The notes beneath the pieces were generated by a model. That model saw nothing but the letters and a program-made list of their open reading frames with translations. It was not told where the DNA came from and ran no database searches. Of a stretch of 64,000 nt of DNA, positions 1-11,400 are shown in pieces. Source of the DNA: Callorhinchus milii (taxonomy: Eukaryota). Position 1 is the stretch's first letter. Every line of letters begins with the position of its first letter. The stretch covers positions 15,872,001 through 15,936,000 of the forward strand of contig NW_024704751.1 of assembly GCF_018977255.1 (NCBI RefSeq). Direction: 5' to 3'. The translations under genes and the position numbers were made by a program.

Positions 1-267
1 TTCCAGGCAGGGAGAAACCTTGGGCAAGTTTCCTTACTCCACACAGAGCCTAATAATAATCCCTCCAAAAAACCCAAAATAATAATAAATTGGTCATTTT
101 CCATCTACAACTGTTTGTGGGACATTGCTGTGTGCATTTGGCTGCCGCGTTCGCCCACAAATTTACAGTCAATTCACTTTACAGTGTGTTCTGTGAAGCG
201 CTTTGGGACGTCCTCCCGACGTGAAAAGCGCTATATCAAATGCAAGGATTATTATTATTATTATTAT
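1..267 (+). mobile_element. tRNA-derived Deu-type SINE, young copy, 5' end cut by the window edge
   Basis: Contains the central motif CTGTTTGTGGGACATTGCTGTGTGCATTTGGCTGCCGCG and an L2/CR1-like tail GTGAAGCGCTTTGGGACGTCC...CGCTATATCAAATGCAAGGA(TTA)n. Closely similar to the copies at 9265, 14525 and 61394. Confidence 0.85.
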
Positions 268-3200
268 TTGTTAAGAAAATACTCTGATTATTGCCGACTA
301 ACCATGTCCCTGGTTAAGACAATCCCAGACTGGCCGCCTAACCCGTCCGTTCCCAGTTTCCCATCTCAAGCCAAGATCCTTCCACTTTCCTACAAGTGGG
401 CTTCTCTCAGGGTCTGAGTGAAGGAATTGATTCCAACTCTGGCATTTAAGTTTCGGTTGAATCCATCTAACCTGTGAGTTGATTGCCGCCTATCTGCCAT
501 CGCCAGGTTGAGCATTTTTTTTAATGACCTGGGGAAAACCGACTTCCAAATTAAGCGTGGGTTTCCACAAATCGGCACTATGTTAAATGTATACGAGCTG
601 AAATTAGTTGGAATTTCGGGGCTTCCCGTCCTCTGTTCTTTACATCCATCTCATGTTAAAGCCGTTAGCGAAGTCAGGTAAAGCCCAGTATTACAGAGCA
701 GTGAAAGCATTGGTCCTCATGGCCTGAAAGACACTCTTTAAAGACTAGGGTTGCTGATCTGTCCGGCACTGGGTTAACACAAGCCTCTTTGAACTAAATA
801 GATTCATAGAAATAGATTGATTTCTGCTAGAAAATAATATCTCAGGATACAATATATAGTTTGGGATATGACATGTCAAGCAACTGGTGGAAGGCGAACT
901 AGATGGTCTTCTTTCACCAGCAAATTCTTATGTTCTTATGAACCTGTGTGTCTGAGGCTCATTTCTCCTGGCCCTGTGATGGGAAGCTTGGAATCGCAAG
1001 GCACACGAGTGAACCTTTCTGATTGCCATTGATTTGTGTTGCCATGGAATCAGGAGCCTGCGCTGTATTTCATGGCTGTGATATATATAAATATTACACA
1101 GAAACTATACGAGACCTACGAGAACATTGTTAGCAAATAAACTCAAAAAATCCAGGTCAGATGGGCCTATAACACACACAGTCACGTCCCTTTGCAGTAA
1201 ATCCTATGAAGGCTTTGAGATGTCCTCCCAGCATGAAAGGATTATTATTATTATTATCGCGAGAGAACTTGATCTTAAAACCAGGAGAAAACAGGTTAAG
1301 ATTGAGGTCATTTGAGGGACGTGAATAAAGAAAAGATTTTCTCCTGACTAACAATCCTGCCAACAAATTGGTCATTAATTTCATGGTTCTTTGAGGGAGG
1401 TTGATGTGTGCAAATTGACTCACTGCGTTTGCCTACAAATACAATTATTACACTGGACAACAGTCCTCTGTGAAGCGCTTTGAGACGTTTTGCTGTCTGC
1501 TGATACTATATGAAATGTAATTTTTCTTATAATTATTCTTATTATGTGGAATCTCGTAGCATAGTGGTTAACGCTATCCTGGGGCAGGTGGTGCTCAGGT
1601 GAAGCTGAGAGTTGGTGGCGCAGCCAGGGAGATAGAGAGGAGAAGAGATAATTCAGATTAAAGTGTAGGTGGGGGCAGAGGAGGGAGATCAGACACTCCC
1701 AGATCCACTGTGACAGCTCCCTGTACGAGAGGCTTTGTCTCTCACTCTCTCAGTAACTGGATTCAGAACTCACTGCAACAGCACCGTTCTCTGCACTTAC
1801 GTTGGTTTGGTGAGTGCAAATGCTACCTTTTCTCTGCTTTTCTCTTCCTTTAACCTTTGGGAATCCACGGCTGAATAGGACATGCTTTATCAGGGGATGA
1901 TTAGGGTGTGTGTGTTGGGGTGGGGGTGGGTGGTGGGGGGCGCGGGTGTGATGAAGCTTCCCACAGGTCCCAGGAATGTGGAATCCTGTTGGACACAAAG
2001 TTGGGATGCTGGCTTGGTCGGTAATAATGATATTACTCCCTGGGATGAATGTTATTTTATTTCATGGCTTGGGGTTGGTTTGTGTGTATGTGTTGAGGTG
2101 GGGGCGGGGGGATTGCAAGCTATTCTATTGCAGATCAGCCTCTGACAGGGCGGAGAGTGGGGGTCAATTCAGTGCTGAACGCTAGAATGAAAGTTTTAGA
2201 CTCCCTGTGTGTGTGTGTGTCTCTCGCTCTGTCTCTCCCATTATATTGTCTTTTATCTAAAACAGAAATCAATACAGGAATGTCAGCAGAATGTCATCTA
2301 TTAAAGCAACTGGGTTACAATTCCCCTTACTATTAGGATCGATCAGTATCTCCAAAAGCCATGTATTTTGGGGGAGGGAAAAATCATTTTCCGCACTCTG
2401 GCCTCTGAGTCAGAAGGTTGTGGGTTCAAACCCTATGGAGCTTTGAGCTCACACTGGGGTGGGTTAGGTGTGGGGTGGGGAGTGGGAAGATGTATTGACA
2501 AGGAGGCCAATCGATATGCCGACAAAATACACAGTCACCACATTAAATCACGTGCAATCGTGCGAAACGTATTGAGGTGTCCTCTAGACGTGAAACCGCC
2601 GCATTAAGTGCAAGGATTATTCTTCATATTTATTTCTGTGACTCAAGCACAGGTCTGGAATTCCATCCAGTCTTAGCCTGCGGGAGTGGAACTGTGGAAG
2701 AAATTCTAAACTTGGTTGTTTAGACAAGTGTAAATCTCAGCTGTCCAGCGCCTGGGGAGGTCCTCCTGACGTGAAAGGCACGTTACAAATGCTATTTATT
2801 GTTGTTGTTATACCTGTGAAAAACCGCCTCCTAAATTAAGACCGATTGGAAGAATTATACAGACAGAAATCTACACGAGGGTAAATTTTAAGGCAAATTA
2901 GTCTCCCACCCTGATTAAGGTAGATCTTTAGGCTTCATAAGAGTAACTGGGATCTGGGAGCACAGCTAACGTGAAGTGCCACACACTCTCTCATCTTCGT
3001 TTCTATCCAAGGAGGAAATTAAAGCTAGGCTGGTTGTCATGCCGACCGGTCCTTCAGTACAGGTGTAAACACTGCATGGCAATTTGTTCCGATTATCGTT
3101 ATTGTGTGACAACTAATTACTGATAACGCCAGCGCTGTGTGGTGTGGATCCGCTGATATAATGTCAGAAGGTCCCACAGTAACATTCCGGGAGAGTGGTG

Positions 3201-3984
3201 CTCACATTTGATATAGTACCTTCCATGTCTTCAAGACGTCTCATAGCACTTCACAGAATATACTGTAACATGAATTGATTGTGTTTTGTGGGCAAAAGCT
3301 TTGGGGTGAGTGGTGGGTGGAGGAGGGGGAGTGAGGAGTGGGGGGGGGGGAGGGGGAGTGCAGGGGATGGATGGGAGGAGGGAGGGGGTTTCTGCTTCCC
3401 GGATCTGCTGCTGTTATTACAGCTGTGCTGATCGCAGAAATCTGAACGCTTTTTTCTTTGCGTGTGAAAGAAAACACTCACACGCGGCCACACTGAGATT
3501 GCTTAACGTTCAAGCCTTCGCACCAGCTGCTCCCAACATCAGTAAACCTTCACCAGGTCTGAGGCTTCTCACGAGCATCTTCGTCCAACCTCCCCCGTGC
3601 GTCCCATTTTGCGCTCGAATTCTTCAGCAGCAGAATTAGCTGGTTCGAGGCATCAGTCAGCCAAGAGTGCTGTGTGCGCGCGCGTGTGTGTGTGTGTGTG
3701 TAAGGCTGTTATTAATTTTCAGTTCATGTTCTCCTGCCAGTTTCAAAGGAGCAAACCCCTGAAGGTGCTGCCCTTGTGTTAATGCCATTAAGGGGAGGCT
3801 GATGAGGATGTTAACGGTCCCCATAGCCTTCTGCACAGCAGCACTCTGAATTCCTGCTTTGTAGACTTACTCGAGCATCACCAGGGAGACCGTCAGGGAG
3901 AGAAGGTTGAGGCTGAATCCACCTTCTGATTTTGAGATTTATATTCACGTATGAACCATGCAGTAACCTATTAAAGTCTTGCCC

Positions 3985-4233
3985 CAGCATTGACAGTTCT
4001 GTGCAACCCCGTTGGCCTTTGTCCCCTCCGTTCTAACCTTGGTGGCCGTGCCCCAAACATGGGAACTCTCTCGCTCAATCCCTCCACCTGTCCCATTTTC
4101 AGATCACACCTCAAGACCTTGCTTACACTCTTCGACCGTGCTTACAGTCATTTCCCCCGTCTCAGCCTTAGGCTGTGAAGCGCTCCAAGATGCTGCCCTG
4201 TGTGAAAGGCGCTATATACATGCAAGTTGTTGC
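3985..4233 (+). mobile_element. L2-clade LINE 3' fragment (approximate bounds)
   Basis: Degenerate ORF2 C-terminus (…FRSHLKTLL…LFDRAY) followed by the tail GTGAAGCGCTCCAAGATG…GTGAAAGGCGCTATATACATGCAAGTTGTTG. Confidence 0.65.
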
Positions 4234-5059
4234 TGACAGGTAGAAAGAGATTAATCGATACACTGGGATACAATCCCCAGTGAAAGCTGCCAGCTAAAAA
4301 ATAGCCTGTGGCTCTTCCAAACAAACACAGATGATCCTCCCGTTTGATAGTGCTTTATGTCATGTTGAAACATCTCCAATTGTTGGACAGAACTTTTACT
4401 ATAAAGTTGAGTGAAGTTTACAGTGCAGTGATCTGATCAAACACATCCGACAATGCAGCAGTTCCGCCCCCACCAACACACACTTTGTATTTGATACAGC
4501 GCCTTGGTCTTACGCACCTCAAAGAGCTTCACTATAGGTACATAGAAATTGCTAGACAAAAACCTTCCACCATCCTGGTAGTCGCATGCTAAAATAATGG
4601 AGATGTTCGTAGCAATTATATCTGTACGGATTCATCTGCAACAGAGTGGAAAGCTTTAGGAACCTAAGATCCAAAGTTGCCTGGTTCCTCCGAGCCTTAA
4701 TATACTTACTAGATGTCACTCATGTCTTAATTTACTCATAAACAGTATCCCAAACTATTATTTTCTACAAGAAATCTATCTAATTTGCATTTGAATGAAT
4801 ATAAATAGCGACATGCACCACCATTCACCACCTATGGAGTGGTGAAAGTTTAATTAAAAACCTTGCGTTTGCCTATGGAAAGCCATTAACATTCCTCAGG
4901 ATGTGAATTTGTCTGCATCCAGGAGTCAGAGCAGCTGATAGAGCAATGCAAAGAGCTCAGACCTGTCCAACACTGAATAAAGCACATTGAACGAGTTTCC
5001 TCTGGTTTGTATTGTACAGTTCAATAGGTGTGAGTATCAACCAGTGAGTCAATGAAGAC

Positions 5060-5288
5060 CCTGCTTTCCGGGGGTAATAACCCCTCCAAAAATATAAAAT
5101 TAGGTCAGTCAATCCACGACTGTTTTTTGGGACACTGCTGTGCGCAATTGGCTGCCACGTCTCGCCCACAAAATACAGTCAATTCAGTTTACAATATATC
5201 TTGTGAAGCGCTTTGAGACATCTCAACGAGGTGATATACTGCTATACCACATACAAGGATGATTATTATTATTATAATTATTATTATG
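5060..5288 (+). mobile_element. SINE, partial (Deu domain plus tail)
   Basis: Same central motif and (TTA)n tail as the other copies. Confidence 0.75.
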
Positions 5289-6514
5289 ACAGGGACTTTG
5301 AGCTCACAGTCCAGGCTGATACTCCAGTATAATGCTGGGGATGGCCAGAGAGAGAGATGGAGAGCGTTGGGTTGTTGAAGCTGCTGTCATTTGAATGAGA
5401 CATTTGGAACCGGGTCCCATCTCCCTTTTGGGGTGGAACGTTAAAGTTGCCTCAACGCCAGTGAGAGAGAAGAATGAGGAAAGACGGGAGATGAGATTAT
5501 GAGGGCTGACGAGAAGATAGCTCAAGGAGCTTCACAACCATTTTCCTCTCCTAAACATTCTCGACTCCATTTCGAAGTCTCTTTTTTTTTGCTGAAGTGC
5601 GTGAAAGGTGCTGCCGGAGACATTCGTAGCATAAAATATGGAGATTTAAACATTAGCAGATAGTTGTCGCTGAGGATGAAGGTTCCTGTGACTAAATCTG
5701 CATAAATTCGTCCTCAGATATTCCGGAGGCTAGCTCGGAGTTCAGGCTGCCACACATTCCAATAAACAGAAGTGAAATCATGGATCAAACCGAAGCCACA
5801 AAAGCCTTCTGAACGCTTGGTTACCACGGCAATGTCCTAATTGGTGACCCTTGCGCTAGCTACGCTGGTAGCATCGAGTCACATTATATTCTGTAAAGTG
5901 CTCTGAGACCTCTCGATGAAGTGATAAGGCGCCATACCAAATGCGAGATTATTATTACATCAATGCAGTCTGTTGTCCTTCTTGTTATCGTGCTCAGGTG
6001 AAGCTTTAAATCCATTTGCCCCGCCCGCTCGCTTGTGTAGACCTTCGATCAGCCTTCAGGTGCTATTGGACAAGATAAGGGAGGGGCTCCCGATGGCCAG
6101 GCCGACAGCTCCCCTCCCCCCCCGCCCCACCACCTTAAATCGCTTATTTACCTGATCGTGGGACTTTGCGAAGTGGTCACCGCTGTTTGCCAACATACAC
6201 AGTCTCCGCACTCGACCCCGCAATGCCCTGGGAAGGACGTGGACTGTTTTGACACCCTCCTTATCCCGATCCCCCCCACCCCCTGCTCAGGTCCAAATCG
6301 CTGACTGTACGACGCTTGGGAAATCCTACCAACTTGAAAAGCGCGATACAAATGTAATTTAGTGTTGTATTGTGATTCCTGGGGCAAGTTCCAGGGTTAG
6401 CCTTGCAGACCCTCTGGGCTGTTCAGAAAACGAGCTCGGGCTGACTGTGCGTGTTGATCTTCTTTTGCTCTGCTTGGTTTCAGGTCCTCGCCCTGGGCAG
6501 AGCGTGCGGAAGCC

Positions 6515-7108
6515 ATGAGGACCCCAGTGCCAATGATAATCGGGGTCGTCTGTGCCCCCGTGGGCTTGGTCTTGGTGTTCACAGCCGTGCTGACCCCCCA
6601 GTGGCGAGAGGGGCTCGTCAACCTGGGCAAGAGCACGGCCGTGAAGTACGATGGACTGTGGGAGTCCTGCCTGGAGTTGGAGGACAGCAAGCAATGCTGG
6701 CCGGTCACCACCATCTACCAGAGGGACGAGAGCGTGCAGTGGTGCCGAGCCCTGATGCTCAGCTCCCTGCTGGTGTGCGGGATGGGGATCATCATGGCCA
6801 GCGTGGGAGTCCGCTGCTGGATGGACTTCCCGCTCCGGAACGTGGCTGGTGCCAGCGGGGTCGTGATCATCTTGGCCGGTTCCCTGTGCATCACCCCCCT
6901 CGCGCTCTACATGAGCCACGTGCAGGAGATCAGCCCGGACACTCACACGCGGTACCGCTACGGAAACTCGCTGTACTTTGGGTGGGTCGGGAGCTGCGTC
7001 CAGATCTTAGGGGGGCTTTCGCTGGCCCTTAGCTTCAGCTGCCCCCAGTGCGTCCAGTGCCGAGAGGCTCGGCGAGAAGCCAAACGCTCCTACCCGGTCG
7101 ATTACTAG
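6515..7108 (+). CDS. cldn23l: Claudin-23-like protein, 197 aa, intronless CDS
   Basis: ORF begins MRTPVPMIIGVVCAPVGL (human CLDN23 begins MRTPVVMTLGMVLAPCGL, recalled). It has the claudin ECL1 signature W…GLWxxC…C, four hydrophobic segments, a GVRCW motif and TM4 YGNSLYFGWVGS. Kozak-like gccATG; splice acceptor ttttcag at about 6483; AATAAA at 7545. The symbol denotes a CLDN23-like gene; orthology is unresolved. Confidence 0.9.
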   Translation: MRTPVPMIIGVVCAPVGLVLVFTAVLTPQWREGLVNLGKSTAVKYDGLWESCLELEDSKQCWPVTTIYQRDESVQWCRALMLSSLLVCGMGIIMASVGVRCWMDFPLRNVAGASGVVIILAGSLCITPLALYMSHVQEISPDTHTRYRYGNSLYFGWVGSCVQILGGLSLALSFSCPQCVQCREARREAKRSYPVDY

Positions 7109-7544
7109 TTGAATCACCGGAGGATATCATCGGATAATTCCCACCCCCACCCCTCCTCCCCCCCGTGGGGGTGAAATTTTACGCCGAGCCCAAGCCCAAG
7201 GAAACGCGGTGTGAAACTTCGCAGGTCCGGTTCCACCCGTCCCCAAACCCTCCACCGATGGCTTGAGAGAGTTGGTGCACCCCGCGGGAAAAACCCTTGA
7301 GAATTGCGCTCAGCCACGGACTTGAAACGTCGCCCTAAATGCTTCGAAACCGCTCTTAACTCGGGAGCAGTCTCCCACCGGATCGAAGCTTATAAAATGT
7401 TAAGCTAAAAACGGTGAAGCCCGAAGCCAAGCGTTTGCATTTCTTCCCCCCCCCCACCACCACCACCACCCCATTACAACCGGCGTTGCGTCCGGTTGCG
7501 AGATGCTGTTCCGTTATTAATTCTGCCTCAAATGTATGCAGCGA

Positions 7545-7550
7545 AATAAA
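7545..7550 (+). terminator. Putative polyadenylation signal of the claudin-23-like gene
   Basis: AATAAA about 440 nt after the stop codon. Confidence 0.5.
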
Positions 7551-8450
7551 AAGCCGGGGCCGGAATTTATGACTATCGCCCATCTCATTCTGCCAACAAG
7601 AGAGAGAGAGAGAGAGAGATGGAGAGGTGGTGGTGGGTTGGCATGAGGTTGGGGGGGAGCGGGGGGGTAACTCGCGGAACAAAACTGACCTGAGCGTGTG
7701 CGTATTTAACACATTCTTTATTTATCTAATTTATTGACCGATCAAACGTGTCACTGAAGTCACGGAATGACTTTTTAATCTCATCTGAGCTCTGCTCTCG
7801 AAATGTTTCCTCTTGGGTGTTTTTTTTTGCGCGGCAGATCCACACCGAAGAGCGAAGGAGGGTGGGGGGAGGTGGGGTTGGAAAACTGGACCTGCACCAC
7901 CCCAATGTGGCACGCATTGCCAACCTCACCATCCCTGCTGCGCCGTGTGGCTGGGATTCAGCAGAGGAGGAGCGGGGTGGGGTAGGGGGGTTAGTGGGGC
8001 GAAGGTGGGGGAGCTGAGCCCTGTGCTCTCCGCTGCCCGTCGTTCCATTACTTACTTCGGTGGTTTTCTTTTAAAACTCTGCCGTAGTTGCTCCTCTTCC
8101 CCTTAATCCGCTCTCTATCTCTATCTCTCTCATTCTCTCTCTCTCTCTCTCTCCCCATCACAAGGGGTACATCACAGTCCCACCGTGCCCCCTGCAATCC
8201 CCCCCCCTTCTCCTCCTCCCTTCCTCCTCTCCGCTCCCCAGCGTTTGGAGCAAAATCTGGGAAGGCGAGGGACCCTCGGGCTCTTGTTCTGGGCTGGGGT
8301 GGTGGGGGGGGGGGTCTGCGCTGTGTGCCCACTCCCTTCACCGGGTCAGTCTGACTCCACTGGGTTGGGTACCAAGCTCTGTGTGGGAGGCAGTGCTGAT
8401 GGTATTTACAGTGAGCTGCTGAGCTGAGCAGCGAGCGAGGGCTGGGTCCA

Positions 8451-11400
8451 TCACTGCGGCCTATGCACTGCAGAATGTTTCGCTGAATTCTCATCCGATT
8501 CGTTCTTGTCCATCTTAAGGCTGCCCGTGTTGATCATCTGTGACATCTGCAGGGAGAGAGAGGGAGAGGGAGTGGGTGGGGGGAGTATTTATAGCAATAA
8601 ACCTGAGTAGAGAGCTCTCGTGGGGGAGCGAGCCCCCAACACGCACACGATGGGGAGTGGGAGAACAGGGAATGGGATTAGGGAGTTCCAGTGTGGATGC
8701 TTTGCTCTCGTTACCTTTTCCAGTGGGAAGAGAGTGTTCAGGAGGTCCACTTTCCTTCCTGCTAAAGTCTCCATTATGTCCAGCATTTTCTTCTCTTGCT
8801 TCACCAGGGTCTGCTGGTCTCGGTTAACCTCCATTTCCGACACCTCCAAATATATGCTGTGCAAAACCAAACACCAGACAATTCACAGTGCACTGACAGT
8901 AACACTGAACGGGGAAACATTGTACAGAGGGAGAGTGAGAGACTAAGACTTGTATAGAGAAAGAGTAACTCTATACAGAGAGAGAGAGTAACACTGTACA
9001 GAGACAGTAAACATTATAGGGAGAGTCATAGACATCCACACCTGTCCAGTTCTTTGCGGATCCTGGAATACACCAGCAGATTCTGTTGCATTGACTGTAG
9101 CACGAAGCAGAACTCCTCGAACGTGCCCTGGTTCAGGTTTTCCATGGCGCTGTACTTCATGGGCCCCTTCTTGTTCCCGGTGCCCATATGCCGGATACAG
9201 TTGTCTATGTTGACCAGGTCCAGCTCAGGACTCGACTCAGTATCATCTTTCATCTGGCAACAGAAATAATAATAATAATAATCCTTGCTTTTCACGTCGG
9301 GAGGACGTCCCAAAGCGCTTCACAGAACACACTGTAAAGTGTTGACTGTATATTTGTGGGCGAACGCGGCAGCCAATTGCGCACAGCAATGTCCCACAAA
9401 CAGTCATAGATTGAAAATGACCAGTTTATTATTGTTTTTTTTGGTTTTGGAGGGATTATTATTAGGCTCTGTGTAAGGAAACTTGCCCAAGGTTTCGCCC
9501 TCTGCCTGGAATTGAACTCAGGTCTCTCGCTTGCAAAGCGAGTGCTCTAACCACTGAGCTACAGGACTCCACTCCAGAAGATAGTTGTCAAGCATTGGGC
9601 GGACAAGGAATTAAGAGGAAAAAACAGCACCTTTCATGTGAGCTCGCCTCTGAGCGCTTAGAGAACACACACACCCACACACAGGCTGGAGATTCTGAGC
9701 TCACAATCTAGACTGAACATCAAATAAAACATCTTTATTGTCAAAGATGCCGGCCGCACTCCCCCTGCCTTTATACGGCATTCTTTTGTTGAATCTGGTT
9801 TATCAGATTTATTAACGAGGGACGCGTGTGTGCTTGTGTATTCTCTGCACACCCCCTCCCCCGATCCCCTCTCCCCCTCCCAACCCAGCAGTTACAAGGA
9901 GGGGATCTGTCGCTCCTACCTGTGCCATGTACCCTGACCCTCTCTGAATCAGATGCCGCTTCTCCTCTTCCTCCGAAATGGCTTGCTCCAGGTTGGCCGT
10001 CACTACGGCGATCATGATGTTGGCAAAGATAAACGAGGCGCCGATGATGAAGATGAAGAGGTAGAGCGCTCCTCCGTACATTATCAACCCGCCGTTTGCT
10101 CTACAAGAGAGGGAGCAGTTTGATGGACAGGCCTTGGTCTGAGATGGTTTGGAGAGTCCCATTCTCCTGCCTTCTCCCCACAACCCCTTTATAAAGTTTT
10201 GGATATTTATTCAATTCCCTCTTAAAATAATAACATGGATTTAACTGCCTCATCCACGGTCCCCGCGCTTTTCCAGACATTCTCACAAAGTGTCGGGCTG
10301 TTCCTCACATAAGTGCTTGGTGAACTCTTACATAAATCCTTGGTATATCTGCACCCATCCGTCCTGTGTGATGCAGATGAACAGCGAGTACATGGCTTCC
10401 TGCAAACTCCCGAAGGAATTGGGGACGCTGGTGCTGAATAAGATCACCCCGAAGACAGCGAAAACCTGAGATAGAGACAAGATCACCAGATCGGCTTGGA
10501 TGAAGAAGGCCCATTTGTTCATTCCATCCAATCTTATCCCTCCAGGACATCTGACCGCGTCCCTCCCCCACCCCACCCCCACCGCCCCACCACCACCTTT
10601 CCCGTCACAGGATCAATCTCCTTTTGAGTTGTCTCACTCCTCTTCCCTCTATCGCCCACCCAGCTAGAGGGGCTAAGAGGGAAAAGTTCTCGGTGAAAAG
10701 TTCTCTGTGTAAGTGCCGCTCTTCTTGCACTCACCAGACTGATGAGAATGATCAGAAGGATGATGTTGGCCATGTCTGAGATGGACTGTAAGATCACGTG
10801 CACAATGACGGCAAGGCCCTTGATAGCCACAAAGCTCTTCACCATTCGAAACAGCCTCAGCACCCTGCAGGCGGAACATCAACACTGACAAACATACGGT
10901 GGGTGGGGGGGGGTGGGCGGGGGAACAAGGGTGCAACAAGGATGTGGCTGGGATTCAAATAGGGGGGGAAGGGAAATGGGGTGGGAGGAAGGAGGGAGGG
11001 ACGGAGGGAGCAAGTGAGGAAAGGGGGGAGAGGGAGGGAGAAATGACGTCCGGATTCTAGAGATGGACAAATCACTAACTGTGACTTCCCTCTGAATCCT
11101 CACACCTGCAAAATGCTGAATTTTTCCAAAGGCACCAAAGCGCAGGAGAGTTCAGAGAGCGAGTGGGCCGAGCGCAGAGGGAGGAGCCGCTTCTCGCTCC
11201 TCGGGCTTCTTCTTCCCGACTCTGGCCTGGTGTTCATTGTCTCCAGGTTGTGCCAATACGCTTAAAGCACCCAAAGCAGTCCTATTGACTGGAGTATTTC
11301 TTACCTCAGCACGTAAAATAACTGGTGATCTTTAATAAACAGGGGTCCCACAAACAGGATAAAGGTAACCAAGAAATCGATGATATTCCAACCTTCCTAT

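Noticed and set aside
6359-7032. Overlapping 195-aa antisense and 193-aa alternative-frame ORFs over the claudin
   Set aside because: Shadow ORFs of a GC-rich CDS with no recognisable motifs.
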